Part shown: positions 51,358 through 59,471 of the stretch, in pieces
Layout of the letters: every line of letters begins with the position of its first letter
How positions within the stretch are numbered: position 1 is the stretch's first letter
From: Bacillota bacterium
Lineage (GTDB): Bacteria; Bacillota; Clostridia; Peptostreptococcales; Anaerovoracaceae
Assembly: GCA_029218545.1 (NCBI GenBank)
Contig: JAQXRN010000244.1
Coordinates: 1 to 61,745 of the forward strand
Length of the DNA stretch: 61,745 nt
Direction: 5' to 3'
Program-made: the position numbers and the translations under genes
The notes under the pieces: generated by a model
Database searches by the model: none
Told to the model about the DNA's origin: nothing
Seen by the model: the letters and a program-made list of their open reading frames with translations, nothing else

Positions 51358-53191
51358 AGTATTAGATAAAAAGATTGCAGATAAAATAGCTGCCGGTGAA
51401 GTTATTGAACGACCTGTATCAATAATAAAGGAACTTGTTGAAAATTCAATTGATGCAGGTTCTACATCCATTCTTGTTGAAATAAAAAAGGGTGGCAAAT
51501 CCTATATCAGAGTAACCGATAACGGCTGCGGTATCCCAAAAGAAGAGGCAGAAAAGGCTTTTTTAAGACATGCAACCAGCAAAATAAATACAGTAGAAGA
51601 CTTAGAAGCAATAGAAACTCTCGGTTTTAGAGGAGAAGCTCTTGCTTCTATTTGTGCTGTAACAAGAACAGAACTCTTAACCAAGCAAAAAGAAGAAAAA
51701 ACCGGTACAAGACTGGTTATTCATGGAGGAGAAATCATTTCAAATACTGTAACAGGATGCCCTGATGGAACAACCTTTGTCGTAACAGATTTATTCTACA
51801 ATACTCCTGCCAGACAAAAGTTTATGAAGAGCGATTCATCTGAAAGCAGTATGATTATCGATTTGGTTTCACAGATGGCTCTCTATTACAAGGATATATC
51901 CTTCAGGCTTATCAACAATGGTAATATTCTTTTCTCAACCGGTGGGGATGGTGACAGATTAAAAATCATATCAAAAGTATACCCAAATGTAAGCATAAAG
52001 GATTTAGTCCCTGTTGATTATCATACCGATAAAATGTCTGTTACAGGTTACATTTCAACACCATCTGTAACAAGACCAACAAAAAGTGGACAAATATTTT
52101 TTGTAAATGGAAGAGTAATAAACAGTAAAGTAATAGAAAAGGGAATAAAAGAAGGATACAGTGAACGATTATTTGACGGAAGACATCCCATTGCATACCT
52201 TTTTATTGATATAAATGCAGCAGATTTAGATGTCAATATTCATCCAAATAAAAAAGAAATACGTTTTAATAACGAGAATCTTGTTGAAAATTCGCTTTCG
52301 GCGGCCATAAAAGAATCTTTAGGAACAAAAGAAGCTATTCCAAAAGCAATAAACATTTTCAGGGAAGCGCCACTTACAAATAATGAGTCCGCAGAACAGA
52401 TTGACATTAAAAATATTGCGTCAACTAATTCAATTTCAAGCCTATCTGTCTTTGATTGTCCTGAAATTCCAAAAATCTCTGAAAAAAACTCTTGTTTATT
52501 AAAAGAAGAAAACAACTTATACCTCGAAGAGGGTGGAAAATCCATCGAAGAAAAAAAATCTGCAGACAATTTCAATAATTTAAACTTATCCATAGACAAA
52601 CCATTAATAACACCCTTTGATTTTAACGAAATAAGTATTACAGGCTCTGTTTTTAACACCTATATTACTGCAGTCGATGACGAAAACCTTTATTTAATAG
52701 ATCAACACGCCGCTCATGAGCGTATTTTCTATGAAAAACTTGTAAGTGAATACCTCAATGAAGAAAAGTTAAAACAGCCAATACTCTTCCCGATAATTAT
52801 AGATGTTGATTTTTCTTCAAAAGAAAAGGAAGAAACATGGTTAACGCTTCTTTGCAATATGGGCTTCACTGTTGAACTATTTGGTCCAAACAGCTATAGA
52901 ATTACTGAAATACCAACATTCATGGATATTAAAGAGGCTGAAGATTTTGTCAATGATTTTATTCAGGGATTTATTGTAAATAATCTTAGCAATACTGTTG
53001 TAATAAACAAACTTATAATGAAGTCCTGCAAATCGGCAATTAAAGCCAATGACAAAATTTCTATCGATGAAATACATGCGCTTATAAAGGATTTAAGAAA
53101 TTGCGTAAATCCTTTCAGTTGTCCACATGGCAGACCAACCTTTATTAAGCTTTCTAAACATGAAATTGAAAGACTTTTTAAGAGAGTATAG
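51350..53191 (+). CDS. mutL: DNA mismatch repair protein MutL
   Basis: 613 aa with GHKL ATPase motifs IAAGEVIERP and DNGCGI, and a C-terminal endonuclease region DQHAAHERI. Confidence 0.96.
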   Translation: MIKVLDKKIADKIAAGEVIERPVSIIKELVENSIDAGSTSILVEIKKGGKSYIRVTDNGCGIPKEEAEKAFLRHATSKINTVEDLEAIETLGFRGEALASICAVTRTELLTKQKEEKTGTRLVIHGGEIISNTVTGCPDGTTFVVTDLFYNTPARQKFMKSDSSESSMIIDLVSQMALYYKDISFRLINNGNILFSTGGDGDRLKIISKVYPNVSIKDLVPVDYHTDKMSVTGYISTPSVTRPTKSGQIFFVNGRVINSKVIEKGIKEGYSERLFDGRHPIAYLFIDINAADLDVNIHPNKKEIRFNNENLVENSLSAAIKESLGTKEAIPKAINIFREAPLTNNESAEQIDIKNIASTNSISSLSVFDCPEIPKISEKNSCLLKEENNLYLEEGGKSIEEKKSADNFNNLNLSIDKPLITPFDFNEISITGSVFNTYITAVDDENLYLIDQHAAHERIFYEKLVSEYLNEEKLKQPILFPIIIDVDFSSKEKEETWLTLLCNMGFTVELFGPNSYRITEIPTFMDIKEAEDFVNDFIQGFIVNNLSNTVVINKLIMKSCKSAIKANDKISIDEIHALIKDLRNCVNPFSCPHGRPTFIKLSKHEIERLFKRV

Positions 53192-53200
53192 AGAATAATA

Positions 53201-54127
53201 ATGAAAAAAATCATTGTAGTAGCCGGTCCTACGGCCGTAGGAAAAACTAAATATGCCATAGAAGCTGCTAAAGCATTTAACGGTGAGGTTATTTCCTGTG
53301 ATTCCATGCAACTTTATAAATATATGGATATCGGAAGTGCAAAACCGACTCCAGATGAGCTTTCTCAAGTGAAGCACCATTTGGTGGATATTATAGAACC
53401 TTCTTCACCTTTCAGCGTTGCGCAATATCAGGAATTAGCCCTTAGCGCAATTAATGATGTTTTTCAAAGAGGTAAAACGCCTGTTATCGCCGGTGGGACA
53501 GGTTTATATCTGAATTCTATACTTTACCATATGGATTTTTGTAATGCAAATGAAGATACAGAGTTAAGAAAAAAATTAGAAAAAGAATGTTCAGAGTTCG
53601 GCGTAAAATATCTTCATGACAAACTAAACAAGCTGGACCCTTCTGCAGCTGATAGAATACATCCAAACAATGTTAAGAAGGTAATAAGGGCGATTGAAGC
53701 TGCTATTTCCGGGGAAAAGATTAAAGATTTTAAAAATTGCGACTCAAAACGTAAGGATTTTGAAAGAATCTTAATAGGACTTTCAAGAAATCGTGACGAA
53801 TTGTATGATAGAATAAATAAAAGAGTTGATATTCTTGTCGATGAAGGTCTCTTTGATGAAGTGAAAACGCTCTTATCAATGGGACTTACAGAAAGCGATA
53901 TTTCCATGAAGGGAATTGGCTATAAAGAAATAATCGGATATTATGAAAACAGATATTCAAGAGAAGAAGCAATTGAACTTATTAAAAAAAATACTCGTCA
54001 TTTAGCCAAAAGACAGATTACATGGTTTAAACGCTATGATGATATACACTGGCTCGATATTTCAAGCTATGATAACGACGAAAAAGCAATTGAGGGAATG
54101 CTGGAATGGCTGAGAAACAAGTTTTAA
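53201..54127 (+). CDS. miaA: tRNA dimethylallyltransferase
   Basis: 308 aa with the P-loop AGPTAVGKT, DSMQLYKYMDIGSAKP and AKRQITWF. Confidence 0.95.
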   Translation: MKKIIVVAGPTAVGKTKYAIEAAKAFNGEVISCDSMQLYKYMDIGSAKPTPDELSQVKHHLVDIIEPSSPFSVAQYQELALSAINDVFQRGKTPVIAGGTGLYLNSILYHMDFCNANEDTELRKKLEKECSEFGVKYLHDKLNKLDPSAADRIHPNNVKKVIRAIEAAISGEKIKDFKNCDSKRKDFERILIGLSRNRDELYDRINKRVDILVDEGLFDEVKTLLSMGLTESDISMKGIGYKEIIGYYENRYSREEAIELIKKNTRHLAKRQITWFKRYDDIHWLDISSYDNDEKAIEGMLEWLRNKF

Positions 54128-55233
54128 TTCACAATAAAAGTGACCGACCCGACAACGTAATACAAAAAGAAAATGATATATTTCTGGCATGTAAAGAGCT
54201 TGAAAAGGACATGCCCAGTTTTATGCGTGGTTTTTTCGTATATTTAAAAGGTAATGTTCTTCCTTCAACAAGACTTGCGTATTTGCATGATATCAAATTC
54301 TTTCTTCAGTATCTTATAAATGAAACAGGTCTTACTGTCGCTGAAGAGCCTTCCAAAATAAAACTGGAAGAATTTCAGGATATCCAAGCAGTAGATGTCA
54401 ACATGTTCATCGATTACTGCCGCAGATATCAAGTTGAAACGGATAAGAATATTTATATGTTCGAGAATACCAATAAAACTCTTGCCAGAAAGAAATCATC
54501 AGTTTCAGTTCTTTTTAAATATCTATATAGAGATGGCCTATTAGAAAAAAATATTACAGATGGATTTGATCCAATAAGAGTTCCAAAACCGGGGGAAAAA
54601 GAAATAAAAGCTCTTCAAGATGATGAAGTCATGATAATGCTTGATGCTGTAACATCGGGAAATGGTCTGACAGATAAGGAACGTACCTATTGGGAAAAAA
54701 CTAAGCTTAGAGACAAGGCAATCCTCATCCTGTTTCTTACATATGGCCTCAGATTGTCCGAATTGCAGCAGCTAAACATTTCCTCCTTCAATTTCGGAAG
54801 AGGTGAGTTTAAGATTTACAGAAAAAGAGGCAAAGAATCTATTATGCCTTTAAATAAGTCTGCCACATCAGTATTAAAAGATTATATTGAAAATGAACGA
54901 CCTTCTGATGAAAAAATTTCTGCAGAAAACAAAGATGCATTATTTTTGTCATTACAGATGAAACGTATGACCGAGAGGCAGATAAGGGAATTAGTAAAAA
55001 AATATACTTCAATAGCATTAAAAACTACAAGAAGGGCAGGTTATAGTCCTCATAAGTTAAGAGCTACCGCTGCAACCAGCTTGATAGGAAGAGGCAATTC
55101 TATCTTCGATGTCGCTGCGCTTCTTGATCATGAACAGGTAACAACAACCCAGCTATATGCCAGACAAAAGGCAAATGTCAAAAGGGATTTGGTAAAAGAC
55201 ATGGAATGGGAAGAAGAAAGGAAAGAAAAATAA
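54106..55233 (+). CDS. Tyrosine-type site-specific recombinase (Xer/phage-integrase family)
   Basis: 375 aa with candidate catalytic residues in GLRLSEL (Arg), HKLRAT (His-x-x-Arg), LLDHEQV (His) and TQLYA (Tyr). The ATG lies 8 nt after GAGGGA inside the miaA 3' end. Confidence 0.85.
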   Translation: MAEKQVLIHNKSDRPDNVIQKENDIFLACKELEKDMPSFMRGFFVYLKGNVLPSTRLAYLHDIKFFLQYLINETGLTVAEEPSKIKLEEFQDIQAVDVNMFIDYCRRYQVETDKNIYMFENTNKTLARKKSSVSVLFKYLYRDGLLEKNITDGFDPIRVPKPGEKEIKALQDDEVMIMLDAVTSGNGLTDKERTYWEKTKLRDKAILILFLTYGLRLSELQQLNISSFNFGRGEFKIYRKRGKESIMPLNKSATSVLKDYIENERPSDEKISAENKDALFLSLQMKRMTERQIRELVKKYTSIALKTTRRAGYSPHKLRATAATSLIGRGNSIFDVAALLDHEQVTTTQLYARQKANVKRDLVKDMEWEEERKEK

Positions 55234-56523
55234 ATGAATTATACTTATGAATTATTAAATAAAGAATTTGGAATTGATGCTAAGGTTCTCGATCTTATTG
55301 AAACTTCAGAAAAAGAAGTAATTAATGAGTTCAAAAGACTTGATGATATTATGGCCTATAACCAATATAAAGTTTTAAATGCTTTCCAGAAGAACAAACT
55401 TAGCGATATGCATTTCCGCTGGAATACGGGCTATGGTTACGATGATCCAGGTAGAGATGCTATCGAGAAAGTTTATGCAGATATTTTCCACACTGATAAA
55501 GCACTTGTAAGACCTACAATTGTTAACGGAACACACGCTCTTGCAATAACACTTCTGGGAATACTCAGACCCGGGGATGAACTGATTTACTGTACTGGAG
55601 GTCCATACGACACTTTAGAGGAAGTTATCGGTATCCGTGGCGAAGGAATGGGTTCATTAAAAGATTATGGAATAACTTATAAGCAGGTAGAACTTCTCCC
55701 AGATGGTTCAATCGATCTTGAAGGTGTAAAAAATGCTATATCCGAAAAAACTAAAATGGTCACTGTTCAGCGTGCTACAGGCTATGGCTGGAGAAAAGCA
55801 ATTACAATCGAGCAGATCGAGGAATGGGCAAAATTTGTCACTGATATCAACCCAGATATTGTAAAAATGACAGATAACTGCTATGGAGAATTCCTCGATA
55901 TAAAAGAACCTACTGATGTTGGAGTCGATGTTATCGCAGGTTCTTTAATAAAAAATCCGGGTGGCGGTCTTGCTTTGACCGGTGGCTATGTTGCAGGAAG
56001 AGAAGATCTTATTGATATGATTCAGTACAGAATGACATGTCCGGGTATCGGTGGTGAGTGTGGACTTACATTTGGTCAAACCAGAACTATGTTCCAAGGC
56101 ATGTTCCAGGCACCAAAGGTTGTGAATGGAGCAGTAAAAGGCGCTATTCTATGCGGAAAGGTATATGAAAAGCTTGGTTTCGAAGTTTGTCCTAAGGCCG
56201 AAGATACAAGAAGCGATATTATTCAGGCTGTAAAATTAAAGGACCCTGAAGCTTTAGTTGTCTTCTGTCAGGCAATTCAGGCTGCTGCACCAATAGATTC
56301 TCATGTATTACCTGTTCCATGGGCAATGCCAGGATATGAATCAGACGTAATAATGGCTGCAGGTGCTTTTGTTCAGGGATCTTCAATAGAGTTAAGTGCA
56401 GACGCACCTATGAGAGAACCATTTAATGTATATTTTCAGGGTGGCTTGACTTACGAACACTCTAAATTTGGTGTAATAAAATCTGTAGATGCTCTTCTCA
56501 AAGCAGGAAAAATAGCTATTTAA
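55234..56523 (+). CDS. YnbB-like PLP-dependent protein (Met gamma-lyase / aluminium-resistance family)
   Basis: 429 aa, with family-typical length and sequence (…RWNTGYGYDDPGRD…VQRATGY…). Confidence 0.8.
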   Translation: MNYTYELLNKEFGIDAKVLDLIETSEKEVINEFKRLDDIMAYNQYKVLNAFQKNKLSDMHFRWNTGYGYDDPGRDAIEKVYADIFHTDKALVRPTIVNGTHALAITLLGILRPGDELIYCTGGPYDTLEEVIGIRGEGMGSLKDYGITYKQVELLPDGSIDLEGVKNAISEKTKMVTVQRATGYGWRKAITIEQIEEWAKFVTDINPDIVKMTDNCYGEFLDIKEPTDVGVDVIAGSLIKNPGGGLALTGGYVAGREDLIDMIQYRMTCPGIGGECGLTFGQTRTMFQGMFQAPKVVNGAVKGAILCGKVYEKLGFEVCPKAEDTRSDIIQAVKLKDPEALVVFCQAIQAAAPIDSHVLPVPWAMPGYESDVIMAAGAFVQGSSIELSADAPMREPFNVYFQGGLTYEHSKFGVIKSVDALLKAGKIAI

Positions 56524-56546
56524 TAAGCATTTAAGTCAATATTGTT

Positions 56547-57275
56547 ATGAGTGTCAAAAACTTAAAAGAACAAAATAATAAGAAAAAAGTAATTGTTTCC
56601 ATATTAAAAATTCTTTTGCTGGCGATTATAATAATTGGAATTCCAATTTATGTCTACATCTTCCATGGCGATACAATTGCTGAATTTAAGAGTTTTCAAG
56701 ATGTTGTTGATATGCTTGAAGGCTACAAGACAGAAGCTATATTAATTTATGTACTTCTTCAAATTCTTCAGATTGTAGTAAGTATTCTACCGGGGCAAGT
56801 TTTCCAGTTGGCTGCAGGCTATTTATTTGGATTCCCATTGGCTTTTGTACTATCAATAATTGGTGCAACCCTTGGCACATCCCTTACTTATTATATTGCT
56901 AAATTATTGGGACATGATTTCGTTCATATGTTTTTTGGTGAGGAAAAAACCGCTGAATATGTTTCAAGACTAAATTCAAAGAAAGCATATACAGTTATCT
57001 TTCTCCTTTATTTTATTCCAGGTCTGCCAAAAGATATTGTCAGCTACGCTGCAGGTATTTCTGAAATGAAATATAAACCTCTAATAATTTTGTCTACCGT
57101 AGGTAGACTACCTGGCATGATGGGAAGCATAATGATTGGAAGTATGTGGCACAAGCAGGAGTACTTTGGAATGATTGTCCTTGGAGTACTTGCAACAGCA
57201 ACATTTATTTGCTGTATCATATTCAGGAAACATATAAATGAATTTATTGATAAAATCTACAATAAACTAACATGA
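56547..57275 (+). CDS. TVP38/TMEM64 (DedA-related) family membrane protein
   Basis: 242 aa, multi-TM, with the motif SILPGQVFQLAAGYLFG. Confidence 0.8.
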   Translation: MSVKNLKEQNNKKKVIVSILKILLLAIIIIGIPIYVYIFHGDTIAEFKSFQDVVDMLEGYKTEAILIYVLLQILQIVVSILPGQVFQLAAGYLFGFPLAFVLSIIGATLGTSLTYYIAKLLGHDFVHMFFGEEKTAEYVSRLNSKKAYTVIFLLYFIPGLPKDIVSYAAGISEMKYKPLIILSTVGRLPGMMGSIMIGSMWHKQEYFGMIVLGVLATATFICCIIFRKHINEFIDKIYNKLT

Positions 57276-57289
57276 TGGAGGTGTATTAA

Positions 57290-57742
57290 ATGCTGGAAAT
57301 AGGAACAAAAGCTCCTGAATTCGTATTGCCGGATCAAAATGGCAACATTCACAAGTTATCAGATTATAATGGTAAAAAAATAATTTTATATTTTTACCCA
57401 AAAGATTCTACACCTGGATGTACTAAGCAGGCATGTGGATTTGCAGAACTAAAACCACAAATAGAAGAAAAGGGCGCCATTATAATCGGTATTAGTAAGG
57501 ATAGTGTTTCTTCTCATAAAAAATTCGAAGAAAAATACAACCTAAACTTTACGTTGCTATCAGATCCTGAATTAGGGGTGATACAAGCATACGATGTATG
57601 GAAAGAAAAAAACATGTACGGCAAGAAAACAATGGGCGTAGTAAGAACTACTTATTTAATAAACGAGGAAGGTATTATTGAAAATGCATATGATAAAGTT
57701 AAGGCTGCAGATAATCCAAATCAAATGCTGAAACTTTTATAA
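57290..57742 (+). CDS. bcp: Thioredoxin-dependent peroxiredoxin Bcp
   Basis: 150 aa with the YFYPKDSTPGCTKQAC active-site motif. Confidence 0.93.
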   Translation: MLEIGTKAPEFVLPDQNGNIHKLSDYNGKKIILYFYPKDSTPGCTKQACGFAELKPQIEEKGAIIIGISKDSVSSHKKFEEKYNLNFTLLSDPELGVIQAYDVWKEKNMYGKKTMGVVRTTYLINEEGIIENAYDKVKAADNPNQMLKLL

Positions 57743-57760
57743 TAGAATCCTCACCTTAAT

Positions 57761-57831
57761 GAACATTTGTTCACATTTTGTATTGACAGAGAACGTTCAT
57801 TCTGTTATATTATAAAAAAGAACAAACGTTT
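57761..57831 (+). promoter_or_regulatory. Promoter with three LexA (Cheo/SOS) box-like operators
   Basis: Elements read directly:
- GAACATTTGTTC (57761-57772), a perfect GAAC-N4-GTTC.
- TTGACA (57783-57788), a 17-nt spacer, then TGtTATATT (the -10 at 57806-57811).
- GAACGTTCATTC (57791-57802), in the spacer.
- GAACAAACGTTT (57820-57831), near +1. Confidence 0.7.
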
Positions 57832-57849
57832 ATTAAAGAGGTGAGCATA

Positions 57850-58158
57850 ATGACATGTAAATATAGAATTAATAATAGAATTAGATTTACATTATTCGTC
57901 GTATTAACAATACTACTATTAACGTTTTGTATAAATTTTGCGTTGGGTATTAATACAGCTCATAGTGCAACCATAGATGAATATATCGAAGTTAAAGTTT
58001 CATCCGGTGACACTTTATGGACTATTGCAGAAACCTATATGGATAATAATACCGATATTCGAAAGTCTGTATATACGCTTAGCCAACTTAATAACATATC
58101 CGCTGCTGAACTTCAAGCAGGTATGATATTAAAGGTACCAGTATGCCATTCATTATAA
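57850..58158 (+). CDS. YneA-like LysM-domain membrane protein (candidate SOS-induced cell-division inhibitor)
   Basis: About 102 aa with an N-terminal TM segment and a LysM domain (VKVSSGDTLWTIAETY...LQAGMILKVP). The ATG at 57850 lies 7 nt after AAAGAGGTG. LexA-like boxes lie upstream. Confidence 0.7.
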   Translation: MTCKYRINNRIRFTLFVVLTILLLTFCINFALGINTAHSATIDEYIEVKVSSGDTLWTIAETYMDNNTDIRKSVYTLSQLNNISAAELQAGMILKVPVCHSL

Positions 58159-58242
58159 AAAAATCGCTTAAAACGCAAAATAGAGCCTCGTTTATTAATG
58201 ACAAATACATAAACGTTCTATTTTATTAAAGGAGTATAAAAA

Positions 58243-58455
58243 ATGGAAAAGAAACAATATGTTTGTCCAAAATGTGGATGCACAAGCTATGAGAGCGATC
58301 AGTTTCAGGCAACAGGTGGAAACTTTGCCAAAATATTTGATGTTCAGAATAAAAGATTTATAACTATCACATGTTCAAATTGTGGATATACAGAATTATA
58401 TAAAAAGCCAGAAGATTCAGCTATGGATATAATAGATTTTCTAATAGGAAATTAA
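58243..58455 (+). CDS. Zinc-ribbon domain protein (two CxxC pairs)
   Basis: 70 aa with CPKCG...CSNCG and an AAAGGAG SD. Confidence 0.7.
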   Translation: MEKKQYVCPKCGCTSYESDQFQATGGNFAKIFDVQNKRFITITCSNCGYTELYKKPEDSAMDIIDFLIGN

Positions 58456-58490
58456 CCATACGGATTGATACATACGATTATAAATACATT

Positions 58491-58520
58491 AAGCCTTGGA
58501 ATAACCAGGGCTTCTTTTTT
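58491..58520 (+). terminator. Rho-independent terminator after the Zn-ribbon gene
   Basis: AAGCCTTGG pairs with CCAGGGCTT (one G-U pair) around a 5-nt loop, followed by CTTTTTT. Confidence 0.8.
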
Positions 58521-58527
58521 ATATGAT

Positions 58528-58565
58528 ATAACTATTCCCAAAATTGTGATTTTAGGAATAGTTAT
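58528..58565. repeat. Perfect 11-bp inverted repeat with 16-nt spacer in the convergent intergenic region
   Basis: ATAACTATTCC (58528-58538) is the reverse complement of GGAATAGTTAT (58555-58565). There is no flanking T tract on either strand. Confidence 0.6.
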
Positions 58566-58573
58566 GTGTGCTT

Positions 58574-58606
58574 AATAAAAGGACTTAATACCTGAATATC
58601 AAGTCC
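58574..58606 (-). terminator. Rho-independent terminator (minus strand) after ruvX
   Basis: Read on the minus strand: GGACTTGATATTCAGGTATTAAGTCC followed by TTTTATT. It starts about 20 nt after the ruvX stop. Confidence 0.65.
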
Positions 58607-58626
58607 CTACCTCTTGTCATATGAAT

Positions 58627-59073
58627 TTATTTATTGTTGTTCTGATATGCCAATTTATCTAAATAACTCTGAAGAATAATTACAGCAGCTTGTTTATCGA
58701 TTACTTTTTTTCTATCCTGACGACGAACGTCTGCATCAATTAAAACGCGTTCAGCCATTACAGTTGTAAGTCTTTCATCCTGCCAAACAACTTCAACACC
58801 TTTGATACCTGTGGATCTCATTTTATTTTCCAGCATTGTTCTGAATTCATAAACCTTTTCAGTTTGAATGCTGTCAGTATTATCGAGCTTCTTATTTAAA
58901 CCAATAACGATTGTATCACAGTCATATTCCCTTACAAGGTCCAAAATCTTCCCTGTATCTTTTCTGATACCAACCCTTTCTAAAGTCATCAGCCCTTGTG
59001 CTGTAATACCAAGTGGGTCAGAAACAGCTATACCTACTGTTTTGTCTCCAACGTCTAAACCAATCTTTCGCAT
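58627..59073 (-). CDS. ruvX: Holliday junction resolvase-like protein RuvX (YqgF)
   Basis: 148 aa with an N-terminal GLDVGDKTVGIAVSD and a YqgF-family layout. Confidence 0.93.
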   Translation of the reverse strand: MRKIGLDVGDKTVGIAVSDPLGITAQGLMTLERVGIRKDTGKILDLVREYDCDTIVIGLNKKLDNTDSIQTEKVYEFRTMLENKMRSTGIKGVEVVWQDERLTTVMAERVLIDADVRRQDRKKVIDKQAAVIILQSYLDKLAYQNNNK

Positions 59074-59108
59074 TTTATCCTCTACTCTCTAATTAGTAAT
59101 TACACACT

Positions 59109-59139
59109 AAAGAGGCTATACATAAAGCATAGCCTCTTT
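59109..59139. other. 11-bp stem hairpin between ireB and ruvX
   Basis: AAAGAGGCTAT pairs with ATAGCCTCTTT around a 9-nt loop. A T-rich tail follows on the plus strand only. Confidence 0.6.
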
Positions 59140-59150
59140 TATTTTATTTG

Positions 59151-59399
59151 TTATTCTGCATCAATATATGATTTCAGCATTTCGGCAACCAGTTCATCTC
59201 TGTCAATGCCTTTAATAAGAGATCTGGCATTGTTATAGCTAGTAATATATGATGGATCTCCTGAAACCAAATATCCTACTAATTGATCAACAGGATTGTA
59301 TTCTCTTTCAACAAGAGCATCATATACTTCCCTGACGATTTCCTTATTAGTCTTTTGGGTCTTGAAAGAATCAAACATTTTTGTGTTTTTATCCAGCAT
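59151..59399 (-). CDS. ireB: IreB family regulatory phosphoprotein (UPF0297, YrzL-like)
   Basis: 82 aa with EVYDALVEREYNPVDQLVGYLVSGDPSYITS. Synteny alaS-yrzL-ruvX. Confidence 0.88.
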   Translation of the reverse strand: MLDKNTKMFDSFKTQKTNKEIVREVYDALVEREYNPVDQLVGYLVSGDPSYITSYNNARSLIKGIDRDELVAEMLKSYIDAE

Positions 59400-59471
59400 C
59401 TTGTGCCCCTTCCTGTAAGTGTAATTACTACTGTTTAATCTTATTATATTATCACTATTGCTAAAATTATA

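Noticed and set aside
54106-55233. An integrated mobile element or prophage remnant around the tyrosine recombinase.
   Set aside because: There are no flanking repeats, no tRNA or att-like target, and no phage, transposase or cargo genes. The gene is wedged with overlap or zero spacing between housekeeping genes.
58159-58242. A possible fourth LexA box or a terminator between the LysM gene and the Zn-ribbon gene (AAACG...CGTTT; GAACGTTTATG on the reverse strand).
   Set aside because: The stem is only 5 bp with no U-tract, and the GAAC-containing segment does not fit GAAC-N4-GTTC.
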